DNA from: Selaginella moellendorffii
Lineage: Eukaryota > Plantae > Lycopodiophyta
Direction of reading: 5' to 3'
Assembly (NCBI RefSeq): GCF_000143415.4
Contig: NW_003314299.1
Coordinates: 1,285,502-1,349,501 of the forward strand
Length of the DNA: 64,000 nt
Program-made: the position numbers and the translations under genes
Shown here: positions 1 to 11,629 of the stretch, one piece after another
How the letters are laid out: every line of letters starts with the position of its first letter
How positions within the stretch are numbered: position 1 is the stretch's first letter
The notes under the pieces: model-generated
Seen by the model: only the letters and a program-made list of their open reading frames with translations
What the model was told of the DNA's origin: nothing
Database searches by the model: none

Positions 1-230
1 ATTCCAAAGACGTTTTCATAAAAGATATAACAAATCAAAAGGTAATTGTGTGCAATTTAAAAGGTGTAAATAAAAGTATTGTCGGGATTTATTATCACAT
101 GTCATATACGACTGACATGCGGTTAGGGTTTGACTAGACTTCCATGCACGACCTCCCAACATTGACGGGAACACAACCACGGCAGCAAGTATTATGGAAC
201 CAGAGGGAATTGCTCATTGAAGTAACACAG

Positions 231-340
231 ATGGAAACATATAGCAAGTGCTTGAATGGCAATTTCCCTTCTCTCCCAAAAGTCCCATGGAAACATATAG
301 CAAATGCTTGAATGACAACTTCCCTTTTCTTCCAGAAAGT
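231..340. repeat. ~57-bp tandem duplication in the CYP74 3' flank (also at ~9780-9895)
   Basis: atggaaacatatagcaa.tgcttgaatg.caa.ttccctt.. occurs twice in each flank. Confidence 0.8.
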
Positions 341-481
341 GTCATGTTAAACGACACCCATACTAAAGGGGAAGAAGATGAAAACCCCATCTTTACCGGG
401 CAACTATCTATCTATTTATATTTACATAATCCCCAGTTTTATTAAAGTAGCTTATAGACATACACACTAGTGCATTTCATT

Positions 482-1939
482 TCATGCTCGCTTCTTGAGC
501 TCGGTGAAAGGATAGACCGAAGAGGTACCGCTGATGAACGCATCCCCAAGCTTGAACGAATCGTAGTGCAGGAAGAAATCCGCAAACAAGATCCTCGTAA
601 CCAACACCACAAAGTTCTTCCCGGGGCACTGCTTGTTGTCCACGCTGGGCGAGCCCGTCTCGGGGCCATTCGACCAGAAAACATGCTCCAGCAGGCGCTG
701 CCCCTCCTCCCCCATGAACCTCCGAGGCTTGAACTTCTCGGGCTCCTCAAACACCACCGGGTCGCGCGTCACCAGCGGCTGGTACCCGTACAGCATCTCC
801 CCGGCCTTGATCTTGAACGCCTCGACGTGCGTCTCAAGGACAAAGTCCACCTTGGCCTTGCCGTACTGCGACTGTACCGGGGGCTCGATGCGCAGCACCT
901 CGTACACCGTGGACTGCAGCAGCGGCATGGCGCCCAGTGCCGCGGCGTCCACGCCGCCGCGGCCCACGGCACGCCGCACCTCCTCCCGCAGCTCCGCCTG
1001 CAGGTCAAACTCGTCAAAGTCGCTCACATTCTTGAACAGCGCGGGCCACAGAATGGTCAACCCCCCGAAGGTGTTGAAACATATGAAGAAGACGAGGTTG
1101 TGCAGGGCCTCGTCGGGCTCGATACCGTGCGGCACCGCGAGTGACACCGCGCGCTCCCCGTTGGCCTTAAAGAAGCGCACGATCTTCTGGTACTCGGGCG
1201 CCACGATGATGAAAGGTATGGGCGCGGTGTGGAGCAACGGCTCCTGGATCACGGCGGGCAGGCCCGCGTTGAGCACCGGCGCGATCTGCGGCGCGATCCA
1301 CAGCTTGATCCCGGTCTCGGTGAGCGCATTCCCCTCGGTTGCATCCTTGTCCAGCACCGTCTTGGTCAGGAAACGGAGCGCGATCTTCCCCAGCACAGGG
1401 TTGAGCTCCGGTGGATCATCCGGGAGCAGCCCCGAGACAAGTCCGCCCAGCAGCCTCCCGGACTTCTTCGGCTTGTTGAGCTCGGCGTCCCACTCGGCAT
1501 ATCCGGCAGCCGCTGCCGCACGGAGCTCCGGGATCCAACGGTCGTGGTTGCTGCTGAGGATGTCCATGCAGTACGACTTGAGCTGCGCATGCTTGGGCTC
1601 CTCCTGTCCGAGATAGGACAGCACGCGGTAGCCGCCCGTGAATCCGGTGCTCGGGACGTAGGTGCCGGTGAACACATCCTTCTTGCTCACCTTGGTGAGA
1701 TCGAACAGGACAGGGAAGCTCTTCTGATCCAGCAGCGCAATGACTTTGGAATCGGGGAAGAAAGGTGGCCCGGGGGGCATGTTGACGCGGAAGACGGTGC
1801 TCCCGTACTCGTCCCTCCGCTTCTCGAAGAAATTCTTGCCGTAGAAACGGTCCAGCCGATCCAGCACGGAGCCGAGTATGGGTGCGCCATATTCACCAGG
1901 CACGTCGCGCTTCACCTCCAGGTTCCTGTCGTTGCTCAT
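482..1939 (-). CDS. CYP74: CYP74-family cytochrome P450 (allene oxide synthase-type), copy 1, intronless, 485 aa
   Basis: RVNMPPGP, VFTGTY (Phe at the F/L toggle), GGYRVLSYL, I-helix HNLVFFICFNTFGG, ExxR (YEVLR), heme loop WSNGPET..NKQCPGK. ATG at 1939; the ORF track start is a GTG. Confidence 0.95.
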   Translation of the reverse strand: MSNDRNLEVKRDVPGEYGAPILGSVLDRLDRFYGKNFFEKRRDEYGSTVFRVNMPPGPPFFPDSKVIALLDQKSFPVLFDLTKVSKKDVFTGTYVPSTGFTGGYRVLSYLGQEEPKHAQLKSYCMDILSSNHDRWIPELRAAAAAGYAEWDAELNKPKKSGRLLGGLVSGLLPDDPPELNPVLGKIALRFLTKTVLDKDATEGNALTETGIKLWIAPQIAPVLNAGLPAVIQEPLLHTAPIPFIIVAPEYQKIVRFFKANGERAVSLAVPHGIEPDEALHNLVFFICFNTFGGLTILWPALFKNVSDFDEFDLQAELREEVRRAVGRGGVDAAALGAMPLLQSTVYEVLRIEPPVQSQYGKAKVDFVLETHVEAFKIKAGEMLYGYQPLVTRDPVVFEEPEKFKPRRFMGEEGQRLLEHVFWSNGPETGSPSVDNKQCPGKNFVVLVTRILFADFFLHYDSFKLGDAFISGTSSVYPFTELKKRA

Positions 1940-2029
1940 CACTGCAATTGATGCAAAGAAGTGAAGTGTGAGCTGCTAAGAACACACTACTTGAGTACAA
2001 GGTGTGTTTGTGTTGGGCACAAGCTCGGG

Positions 2030-2120
2030 GCTTTTAAGCAAGGTGGTCTCTATAGTATTTCCTCCAGCATGAAGAACGTGGGTGCAAGCGACAGATATCA
2101 TCCACAGGGACCAAGCTTAC
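2030..2120 (-). promoter_or_regulatory. Putative CYP74 proximal promoter: TATA-like TTAAAA and T/G-box AACGTG (2075-2080)
   Basis: Motifs lie ~95 and ~140 bp upstream of the ATG and are conserved in all three copies (11586-11591; CACGTT 38544-38549). Confidence 0.4.
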
Positions 2121-3007
2121 AGAATCAGAACGCTGTAATGTAAGACAGCTTTCTTCAGCTGTTTGGTGGGATGTCAACTAGATACGGACACTATGCGTTA
2201 ATTGTCCACCTTCATCCGGTCTCAGGATTCCTTCCCGCCTTTCAATACCCAGTTCACGTCAAGGACCTGAAACTTATCTTCAACATGGTGCTTTGTTGTT
2301 CTTCTGCCTCCTCAAGCATGAAGAGCCTGGGTCCAAACGAGAGAGGTCATCCACAGGGATCAAGCTTAAAAGCCAAAATGAAAACAGGTAACAAGCAATA
2401 CAATATACAGGATAGGCCCCTCTTGTATATCTTGGTAAGATGTCACGGTCAGTTTGTTATTCCTCCAGAAAAAAACGTGCAGAGAATAATTGTTAAAATA
2501 TTATAGAATGCATTTCAATAGTTTAGACTTTTTTTAGGTTTTTCAATTTTGTAAAAGTAATTAAGCAACATAAAAAAGTAAGTATGCAATATAAAAAATT
2601 AATTGCTACATGTTGCATGTAGCAATGTTTGGTTTGCTTAATAGTAATGTTATTATTACTTATTAATCCAATTGATCAAATAAAGTTTATAGTTATAAGC
2701 AATCATATTGCATATCAATCATTAAATGATAGAATAAAAAATAATATACTAGAAAAAGTTTAAGAAAGTTTATAAATTATAAATACAAGATTAATCTAAA
2801 TGAATAACAACCATTAGATAATTGAACATTCTAGAATATCCAAGTATATTTTAAATATATTCACTACCAGGCTTTATGACGAGTTTGAAACATTTACATT
2901 CTTAATATCACTTTAATTACTTATGCAAACCAATTACTACTTTTTAGGTTGGACAAATTGTTTTTGGAATTTCTTTTGTTCCTCATAAATTAGATTACTA
3001 CTGATGG

Positions 3008-3370
3008 ATTGTTGGTTAGCGGCAGCATCGGGCTCACGTTCTCTAGCATCTCCGAGGCACTGTCACTGGCCGGAATGTTCTTTCTCCTTGCCGGCATTGC
3101 GGTGTTCATCTACTTTCTGGTCAAAGGAAAGAGTTTGGAAGAGATCTCTGGGATGTTTGAGCGGGAGGGAATGGTTGCTGGATCGCCAGAGTTTGTGGAG
3201 CTTTCTTCATCCACGGCGGTGACAGCTCTCAAGTATGAGGACGTGGGAAGTGGAAGTGGATGGGAGCCATGAAGAAAGCGGGGGGCATGTTGGGCAGCAA
3301 CGAATGTATGATGAAGAATCTCACAAGAAGTTGCTAGCTAAGGTCAAGTTGATTACTGCAAAACAGGGTG
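3008..3370 (+). pseudogene. 3' fragment of polyol/monosaccharide (MFS) transporter
   Basis: SISEALSLAGMFFL..KGKSLEEI matches 9080-9480 with internal deletions. Confidence 0.9.
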
Positions 3371-3956
3371 ATTTTAATTCCTATGTCCAGTTAAGTAACT
3401 ATTATTTATGCAATCATACCTCATAAATTAAATATTTTCTTGAATTAACAAAGTAGTTTCTTTTTATATATTTTTCAATTATTGGAACAGAATCAATAAT
3501 GTGTATAAGCCATTTACCGAGCCACAATGGTGCGACTGGTGAAGCCACCCGGTAGTCATAACGTCGTGCTGCTGCCAGGCCACAACTGGCTGCAGGTGAA
3601 ACCATTCAGCCTGTGGTTATGTTCATGTCCCAGCAAATGGTGCACCTGATAGCTCCTCTAGTTCTGCCGCGACCATGCATGAGAAGATTGATTGACCGCA
3701 CAGCCATTCTGATATTTCGGTGTTTTGATTTGCGTTCTTTCCTCGGTGAGTGATATCTTGTCTTTGAGCGCAATCAGACTTCGTGTGTAGGATCTCCTTC
3801 AACGGAAGTGGTGAAATCTTACTTTCTTACCTGAGGCCTGTATCATTCATGAAGAATAAGTATAGGTATATTCTCTTCTTAAAGATCGTGTACGCATGAT
3901 TGATCAAATTGGTTGCATAGATTTTGAAGCAAGTTGTGAAAGTTGGGCATACTATC

Positions 3957-5334
3957 ATGACAAAAGAGCCATTCTCTTTGTGATCATTACAGTTCTGGTG
4001 AGAGGAACAGCATCGTCAATCTCAGTTCACGAGGGCAATCTTCGAAGTGTAACATGCTTCACAGCAATCCTGAGCATGGATGGTGACTCATCCCACAAGT
4101 CCAACTGGTGGCAGTTTCTTCCATATTTACAATCAAGCAGCCAGCAGGCCTTTCTTGCGTACATGGTCTCCAGCTTCTCGGGTCGAAACCTCACGGCAGA
4201 AGTTGCGGAGAAAGGTGGTCTTCTCTCAACCAAGATCATAGAGCACAAATCCAAGGAAAGATCAAGAGCTTGGGAACTATGTGGGCATTAGGTTTTGTTT
4301 GTCTTGACGACGCTGGAGCTGGAACCTGTGTTAAGTTCACGCCCGTGGTGATCCAAGCCATTCCAGGTACCACAAAGTATGCATTCTTTGCCCTCTGGGA
4401 AGAGCAAGACGGTGTACTGAGCAACATTGTTGGATCCAAAGTTTTGACCATTCCCAACTGGAACACGCATCTCGAAAAGTCAAGCGGGATTTGAGAAACA
4501 TCGATCCTGATCGTGCCAATGCGAATGGCCTCGGTTTTTGCAAGGGGATGGAGCTAGATCCACAAACTTTCAACCGAAGCATTGTAAAGCTCAGGGGGAG
4601 AGATTTTGATCCATGGACAAATTTCAGGGTCAAGACAGCTCCAGAAGCAGCAGGATTCGACATGTCCCAGCGAGTCGTCTTTGCGAGTAGGCCACACAGA
4701 AACCTTTGCCTTCTTGGAGCTGACAACTCCTCAAGCAGCAATTCCATTACCTCGTCAGTCGACTTGATGTCTGGGATCTTTCATGTCTCACGTAAGAACT
4801 CTTACATTCAAGCGCAGAACTCGGCCCTGGATCTCAATCATCCAGCGTCGGATTTCTGGGTGGCAGCAGTAGCTCTTCCCAGTGCCTTCATAGCCGTCGT
4901 GGCAGCAGCTGTGCCTTTCATCAATCTCCAGCTCAGGCTCTTCACGAACTTGACGAATTTCCGGCGATGGAAGACATTGATGCTTTGTGTGAGCATCTCG
5001 GTTGCATCTTACTCTGCTGTGATTGCCGTCACCCCTGCCGAGCTTCAGAGGGAGAGGAAATTTGCGACCTGGGGGCTGCTGGTAGACCAAGTTCCAATCA
5101 CAAAGCGAGGGCTTGAAGTTCTCGTTGTTGTCAAGGGCGAGTCGGTCTATAAATCCAGCAGCCTCATACTTGCATGGTGCTCCACTGCCATCCTCGTTCC
5201 AGTGGTCGCGTGCATCACATTCTTTACTTCTCGGTAACCCGGAAGAACGGATCCTTGATCTTCAAGCAATAGAAATGAACGCAGTGGAGCAGCGGCGGCT
5301 GGAGAGGGAGCGTGAGGCAGCTAGAAAAGCATAG
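3957..5334 (+). pseudogene. Orphan intronless signal-peptide + ~3-TM membrane protein, frameshifted copy L
   Basis: Coding pieces in three frames (3896, 4108 and 4491 ORFs) align to copy R at 59769-61177. Confidence 0.65.
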
Positions 5335-5432
5335 AGAGTTTACTTATTTAAAATAAAACATTTTAACAATTTTTATAAGAAAGCTACTAAAAATCCTCGA
5401 AGTTCGCAACCTTGGATTATCTAGGTATATCC

Positions 5433-7194
5433 GGCATGAGAAACGCTGATCTTTTCATGGAACGAGTTAAGAGCAATAGCGATTCATCTCTGTTTTGTCC
5501 GAACAAGGCTCCTGGATTGGCTGACTGCTGGGGTGAAGAGTTTGAAAGCTTGTACACAAGATATAAAAAGGAGGTCAGTCTCCTAATTCTTTTACGAGCT
5601 TAATTTTTTGCGGTGTTTATCAGGGGAGAGCTAAACGTTCCTTATCAGGTCAGAAACTTTGGTTTGCAATTTTGGAAACTCAGATGGAAACTGGCAATTT
5701 TTTAAGGTGTGAAGTCAAGGAGTTCTTATTTCTGACGCTTTTTTCCGTTTCAGGACAGGAAGAGCAATCAACAAAATCTGGGGACTATCAAGTGCTCAAA
5801 TCTCTGCACTGAGATTGTGGAATATACCAGTCCCTCTGAGACAGCCATGTGTAACCTTGCATCCACTGCGTTACCTCGGTTTGTCCGTGAACAAGGAATA
5901 AACTCGGAAACTAAACTGGTCGGTAGCAAGGGATGCAAAAATAGAGTTTTTGATTTTGACAAACTGGCTGAGGTAACACAGCTTTCATCATTCTCTAACG
6001 TCAACATGGAGATTTTTTCCAGGTGACAACAGTAGTGACTGAAAACTTAAACAAGATTATTGACATCAACTACTACCCAGTTGACACAGAAAAGCGTTCA
6101 AATCTTCCACATCGTCCAATTGGAATTGGTGTCCAAGGATTAGCTGACGCATTTATTCTCCTTGGGCTCCCATTCGATTCCGAAGAGGTACAACGTTTTT
6201 TCATGTAGCCGAGTAACGTTTCTCTTTACAGGCTCGTGAGCTGAACAAAGACATTTTTGAGACGATCTATTATCATGCCATGAAAACGTCAACCGTTCTG
6301 GCAGAATTATATGGAGTTTATGAAACATATCCTGGAAGTCCAGTCAGTAAAGTTCGGGTAGTGATTATTAATTTTTTTCTCTATCAATTATTTGTCTTTC
6401 CAGGGAGTCTTATGTGGAACGTTATACCGTCTGGTCGTTGGGATTGGCCAGCCTCGAAGGAAATGGTCGCCCGCCATGGAGTACGCAATTCCTTACTTGT
6501 TGCTCCAATGCCGACGGCATCAACAAGCCAAATTCTTGGAAACAACGAGTGTTTTGAGCCTTATACATCCAATATTTACGCTCGACGCGTTCTAAGGTAT
6601 GCCTTCTTTCTGTATCAGCTGTGATACTTATGTTGCCTGCTACAGTGGTGAATTTGTTGTGGTTAACAAGCATCTGCTGAACGATTTGACTGATTTGGGA
6701 ATATGGACACCGGATCTGAATATACAGGTTGGTTTGTGGACAAGTTTTTATTTTTTCTGAACCATGTCAATCAGGACTGTATGGGAGATCAAGCAAGTTG
6801 ATATGGCTGTGGAACGCGGAGCATACATTGACCAAAGCCAAAGCCTGAACATTCATATGGAGCAGCCCACAACGACCAAATTGACTTCACTACACTTCCA
6901 CGCATGGTCAGGGGTAAGGACACTCAGCATATTAGCGATTTCTATGCCTGTCCTCAACAAAATTAATTTCAGGGCCTAAAGACTGGTATGTATTATCTAC
7001 GATCGCAAGCTGCTGCGGACGCTATCAAGTTCACTGTCGATACGGCCTCATTAAAGGTAGGATTATTTTCTACGGTTTTATCTAGCCATCTCTTCTGTAC
7101 CAGAGTCCTACAAAGTCAACCGACAGAAGAGCTATTAGCGCAGATGGTTTTCTCACTCGAGAATCGTGAGAACTGCTTAGCGTGTGGTAGCTAG
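5433..7194 (+). pseudogene. RNR1: 5'-truncated ribonucleotide reductase large subunit fragment with introns
   Basis: [90 protein letters not shown]-terminal CLACGS; GT-AG introns; deletions and frameshifts; no N-terminal half. Confidence 0.92.
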
Positions 7195-7636
7195 GTACTT
7201 GGTTAGAATGTGTTTTACGCTACGTGGGCCAGCAGAGCTCTAACTTAGTGCTCAATAATCTACACTCGAAGGCTTGTATATGATATTTGAGGTATGAAAT
7301 CCTGTTCCGAACTTCTGGGATCCGTTTTGGGTGTGAGCGTTGACGCCAGTTACAGGTGACTAGAAAGAAGAACCTGATGCGTTTATCCTTATAAAACTGT
7401 CCTCTTTGGGGTTTTAATCGCTCTATTTCACGCAGCGTAGCTCAGTGGTCATCGTCTTCGGCCACTCTGAGTATACTTATGCTTTCAATTTTCGTTTCTC
7501 ATCTAGTCTCTTAAGCAGTGACGAAGATGCGATTACTGGATCTCTCGGCCGTAAGGTACGCCCAACGACTGATAGTAGGACATAGATCTGTCTGGTTATT
7601 TTCTCCGTGGAGAGTTTAGATCTCTCTCACAGAAAG

Positions 7637-9452
7637 ATGGAAGGCTTGAGCAGAAGCGAGCCTTCAGATTCAAGGGGGTTTACACAGGATACAGGCCTCC
7701 TGGTGAACGATGGCTCGAAGCAGACAAGCATGTATCAGCTGTTGTCGACTAGCACAGAAGCAGGGAAGCATTTTTATCGATACGTTGTTTGGTGCGCCCT
7801 TTTGGCATCTCTGAATTCTGTGCTACTTGGATATGGTATGTGTTTTGTTTCTTTACTTAGCATTGAGTTTTAACTTTGTGTCTTCCAGACATTGGTATCA
7901 TGAGCGGAGCAGTCTTGTTCATAAAGGAGGATCTGAAAATTCATGAGCTACAGGAAGAGGTTCTGGTAGGCTCGCTAAACTTGATATCTTTAGTCGGCGG
8001 AGTTTTAGCAGGCAGGCTTTCGGACTCCATTGGCCGAAAGAAAACAATGGCAATAGCTTCCGTCATATTCTTTCTCGGAGCAGGGGTGATGGGGCTGGCT
8101 CCAAATTTTGGTATCTTGCTGAGGGTCGTATAGTGGCAGGGATAGGAGTAGGATTCGGGCTTATGATAGCACCGGTCTACACTGCAGAGTTGGCACCAGC
8201 AGCAAGCAGGGGTGCTTTGGTTTCGTTTCCAGAGATATTTATCAACGTGGGAATACTGCTGGGATACATTGTCAGCTACTTACTGTCGGGATTGTCTGCG
8301 GGACTCAGCTGGAGGCTGATGCTCGGGGCAGGATGCATCCCAGCGATCGTTCTGGCCGTTGGTGTTCTTTTCATGCCAGAATCACCGAGGTGGCTCGTCA
8401 TGCAAAGCAGAATACCCGAGGCGGAAGTGGTCCTTCTCAAGACCTCGAGAAGCAAGCCGGAAGCGGATGAAAGGCTGGCAGATATAATGGCAGCCGCGAA
8501 GCTCAACCAGCAAGCCGGCAAGAGCCAAGGCGAAGGAGTCTGGAACGAGCTTCTGTGGCCGGTTCCATCCGTGAGAAGGATGGTCATCGTGGCCTTGGGT
8601 ATCCAGTTCTTCCAGCAAGCCTCAGGGATCGACGCTCTCGTGTACTACAGCCCAGCGGTCTTTAACCAGGCCGGGATCACAAGCAAAGCAGGAGTTCTGG
8701 GAACCACAGTGGCAGTAGGATTCACCAAGACGGCTTTCATTCTCGTGGCAACGTCTTTGCTGGATAAAGTCGGCCGGAGGCCACTGCTTCTCGCGAGCAG
8801 CGTCGGGATGGCAGCGTCACTGGCGACAGTGGCTCTCGGCTTTGTCTTCTACGACAGTGCCATGGATCCGAGCAAGCATCGCCACCTTCCAGTCCAGTCC
8901 ACAGCTAAATCCCCCGGAGGAAGCTCGGACGTAGCTCTAGCTCTGATCATCACCGCCATTTGCGTCTTCATGGCTTCCTTCTCGGTGGGATTTGGGCCGA
9001 TCAACATGGTTCTAAACTCTGAGGTGTTTCCTCTCCGGCTCCGAGCTCAAGCCGTGAGCCTGGGACTGCTCGTCAACCGGCTGGTTAGCGGCACCATCGG
9101 GCTTAGGTTCTTGAGCATCTCCGAGGCACTGTCACTGGCCGGGACGTTCTTTCTCTTCGCGGGCATCGCGGCAGCGTCGGTGGTGTTCATCTACTTTCTG
9201 GTTCCCGAGACCAAAGGGAAGAGTTTGGAGGAGATCGCGGGGATGTTTGAGCGGGAGGGGATGCTCGCTGGATCGCCAGAGCTTGTGGAGCTTTCTTCAT
9301 CCACGGCAGTGGCGGGAGGCCAATCTTTCAAGTACGAGGACGTGGGGAGTGCTCCTCACGAGCACTTGGAAGTGGAGGCGAGCCATGAAGAAAGTGGTGG
9401 CGGCTTGGGCAGCAAGGAATGTATGATGAAGAATCTCACAAGAAGCTGCTAG
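7637..9452 (+). pseudogene. Polyol/monosaccharide transporter (PLT/PMT, sugar-porter MFS), near full length with a 1-bp frameshift at ~8122
   Basis: LLGY/DIGIMSGA (intron 7836-7888), DSIGRKK, GRIVAGIG out of frame, PESPRWL, QQASGIDA, DKVGRRPL, SEVFPLRLR, PETKGKSLEEI. Confidence 0.85.
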
Positions 9453-9993
9453 CTAAAGTCAAGTTGATTGCTGCAAAACAGGGCAATGTTTGAACTAAGT
9501 GTTTGGGTATTTTTATTTTAACTAAATTATTAAATGAAAAAAAGTTTTGTGTTTTTAACAACCATAGCAAATCAAAAGGTGATTGTGTGCAATTGAAAAG
9601 GTGTAAATAAAAGTATATTTATTATCACATGTCATATACGACTGACATGCGGTTAGGGTATGTCTTTCCCACACTAGACTTCCATACCCACGACCTCCCA
9701 ACATTGACGGGAACACAAGCAAGTATTATGGAAGACTAGAGGGCATTGCTCATTAAAGTAACATGCCCCCAATTCCCAGATGGAAACATATAGCAAGTGC
9801 TTGAATGACAATTTCCCTTCTCTCCCAAAAAAGTCCCATGGAAACATATAGCAAATGCTTGAATGACAACTTCCCTTTTCTTCCAAAAAGTCTCATGTTC
9901 TCATGGACTATAAACACAACTATCTATCTAGTTATATTTACTTAATCCCCACTTTTATTACAGTTGCATACATACACACTAGTGCATTTCATT

Positions 9994-11451
9994 TCATGCT
10001 CGCTTCTTGAGCTCGGTGAAAGGATAGACCGAAGAGGTACCGCTGATGAACGCATCCCCAAGCTTGAACGAATCGTAGTGCAGGAAGAAATCCGCAAACA
10101 AGATCCTGGTAACCAACACCACAAAGTTCTTCCCGGGGCACTGCTTGTTGTCCACGCTGGGCGAGCTCGTCTCGGGGCCATTCGACCAGAAAACATGCTC
10201 CAGCAGGCGCTGCCCCTCCTCCCCCATGAACCTCCGAGGCTTGAACTTCTCGGGCTCCTCAAACACCACCGGGTCGCGCGTCACCAGCGGCTGGTACCCG
10301 TACAGCATCTCCCCGGCCTTGATCTTGAACGCCTCAACGTGCGTCTCAAGGACAAAGTCCACCTTGGCCTTGCCGTACTGCGACTGTACCGGGGGCTCGA
10401 TGCGCAGCACCTCGTACACCGTGGACTGCAGCAGCGGCATGGCGCCCAGTGCCGCGGCGTCCACGCCGCCGCGGCCCACGGCACGCCGCACCTCCTCCCG
10501 CAGCTCCGCCTGCAGGTCAAACTCGTCAAAGTCGCTCACATGCTTGAACAGCGCGGGCCACAGAATGGTCAACCCTCCGAAGGTGTTGAAACATATGAAG
10601 AAGACGAGGTTGTGCAGGGCCTCGTCGGGGTCGATACCGTGCGGAACCGCCAGCGACACCGCGCGCTCCCCGTTGGCCTTAAAGAAGCGCACGATCTTAT
10701 GGTACTCGGGCGCCACGATGATGAAGGGTATGGGCGCGGTGTGGAGCAGCGGCTCCTGGATCACGGCGGGCAGGCCCGCGTTGAGCACCGGGGCGATCTG
10801 CGGTGCGATCCACAGCTTGATCCCGGTCTCGGTGAGCGCATTCCCCTCGGTTGCATCCTTGTCCAGCACCGTCTTGGTCAGGAAACGGAGCGCGATCTTC
10901 CCCAGCACAGGGTTGAGCTCCGGTGGATCATCCGGGAGCAGCCCCGAGACAATTCCGCCCAGCAGCCCCCCGGACTTCTTCGGCTTGTTGAGCTCGGCGT
11001 CCCACTCGTCGTATCCGGCAGCCGCTGCCGCGCGGAGCTCCGGGATCCAACGGTCGTGGTTGCTGCTGAGGATGTCCATGCAGTACGACTTGAGCTGCGC
11101 ATGCTTGGGCTCCTCCTGTCCGAGATAGGACAGCACGCGGTAGCCGCCCGTGAATCCGGTGCTCGGGACGTAGGTGCCGGTGAACACATTCTTCTTGCTC
11201 ACCTTGGTGAGATCGAACAGGACAGGGAAGCTCTTCTGATCCAGCAGCGCAATGACTTTGGAATCGGGGAAGAAAGGTGGCCCGGGGGGCATGTTGACGC
11301 GGAAGACGGTGCTCCCGTACTCGTCCCTCCGCTTCTCGAAGAAATTCTTGCCGTAGAAACGGTCCAGCTGATCCAGCACGGAGCCGAGTATGGGTGCGCC
11401 ATATTCACCGGGCACGTCGCGCTTCACCTCCAGGTTCCTGTCGTTGCTCAT
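9994..11451 (-). CDS. CYP74: CYP74 allene oxide synthase-type P450, copy 2
   Basis: Intact ORF with the same motifs as copy 1; about 9 aa differences counted by eye. Confidence 0.95.
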   Translation of the reverse strand: MSNDRNLEVKRDVPGEYGAPILGSVLDQLDRFYGKNFFEKRRDEYGSTVFRVNMPPGPPFFPDSKVIALLDQKSFPVLFDLTKVSKKNVFTGTYVPSTGFTGGYRVLSYLGQEEPKHAQLKSYCMDILSSNHDRWIPELRAAAAAGYDEWDAELNKPKKSGGLLGGIVSGLLPDDPPELNPVLGKIALRFLTKTVLDKDATEGNALTETGIKLWIAPQIAPVLNAGLPAVIQEPLLHTAPIPFIIVAPEYHKIVRFFKANGERAVSLAVPHGIDPDEALHNLVFFICFNTFGGLTILWPALFKHVSDFDEFDLQAELREEVRRAVGRGGVDAAALGAMPLLQSTVYEVLRIEPPVQSQYGKAKVDFVLETHVEAFKIKAGEMLYGYQPLVTRDPVVFEEPEKFKPRRFMGEEGQRLLEHVFWSNGPETSSPSVDNKQCPGKNFVVLVTRILFADFFLHYDSFKLGDAFISGTSSVYPFTELKKRA

Positions 11452-11629
11452 CACTGCAATTGATGCAAAGAAGTGAAGTTTGAGCTGCTAAGAACACAGT
11501 ACTTGAGTACAAGGTGTGCTTGTGTTGGGCACAAGCTCGGGCTTTTAAGCAAGGTGGTCTCTATAGTACCTCCTGCAGCATGAAGAACGTGGGTGCAAGC
11601 GACAGATATCATCCACAGGGTCCAAGCTT

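Larger units (their letters stand above)
3008..5432 (+). repeat. Segmental duplication, direct copy of ~58480-61327
   Basis: Colinear high identity from tggttagcggcagcatcggg to ggattatctaggtatatcc. Confidence 0.9.

Noticed and set aside
470-1951. Long antisense and alternate-frame ORFs over the CYP74 genes (e.g. 9964-11463, 38663-40048)
   Set aside because: By-product of very high GC3 codon usage; broken in copy 1; no motifs
7432-7460. tRNA-like start GCAGCGTAGCTCAGTGGT
   Set aside because: No anticodon or T arm follows; the paralogous site at ~36735 lacks the motif
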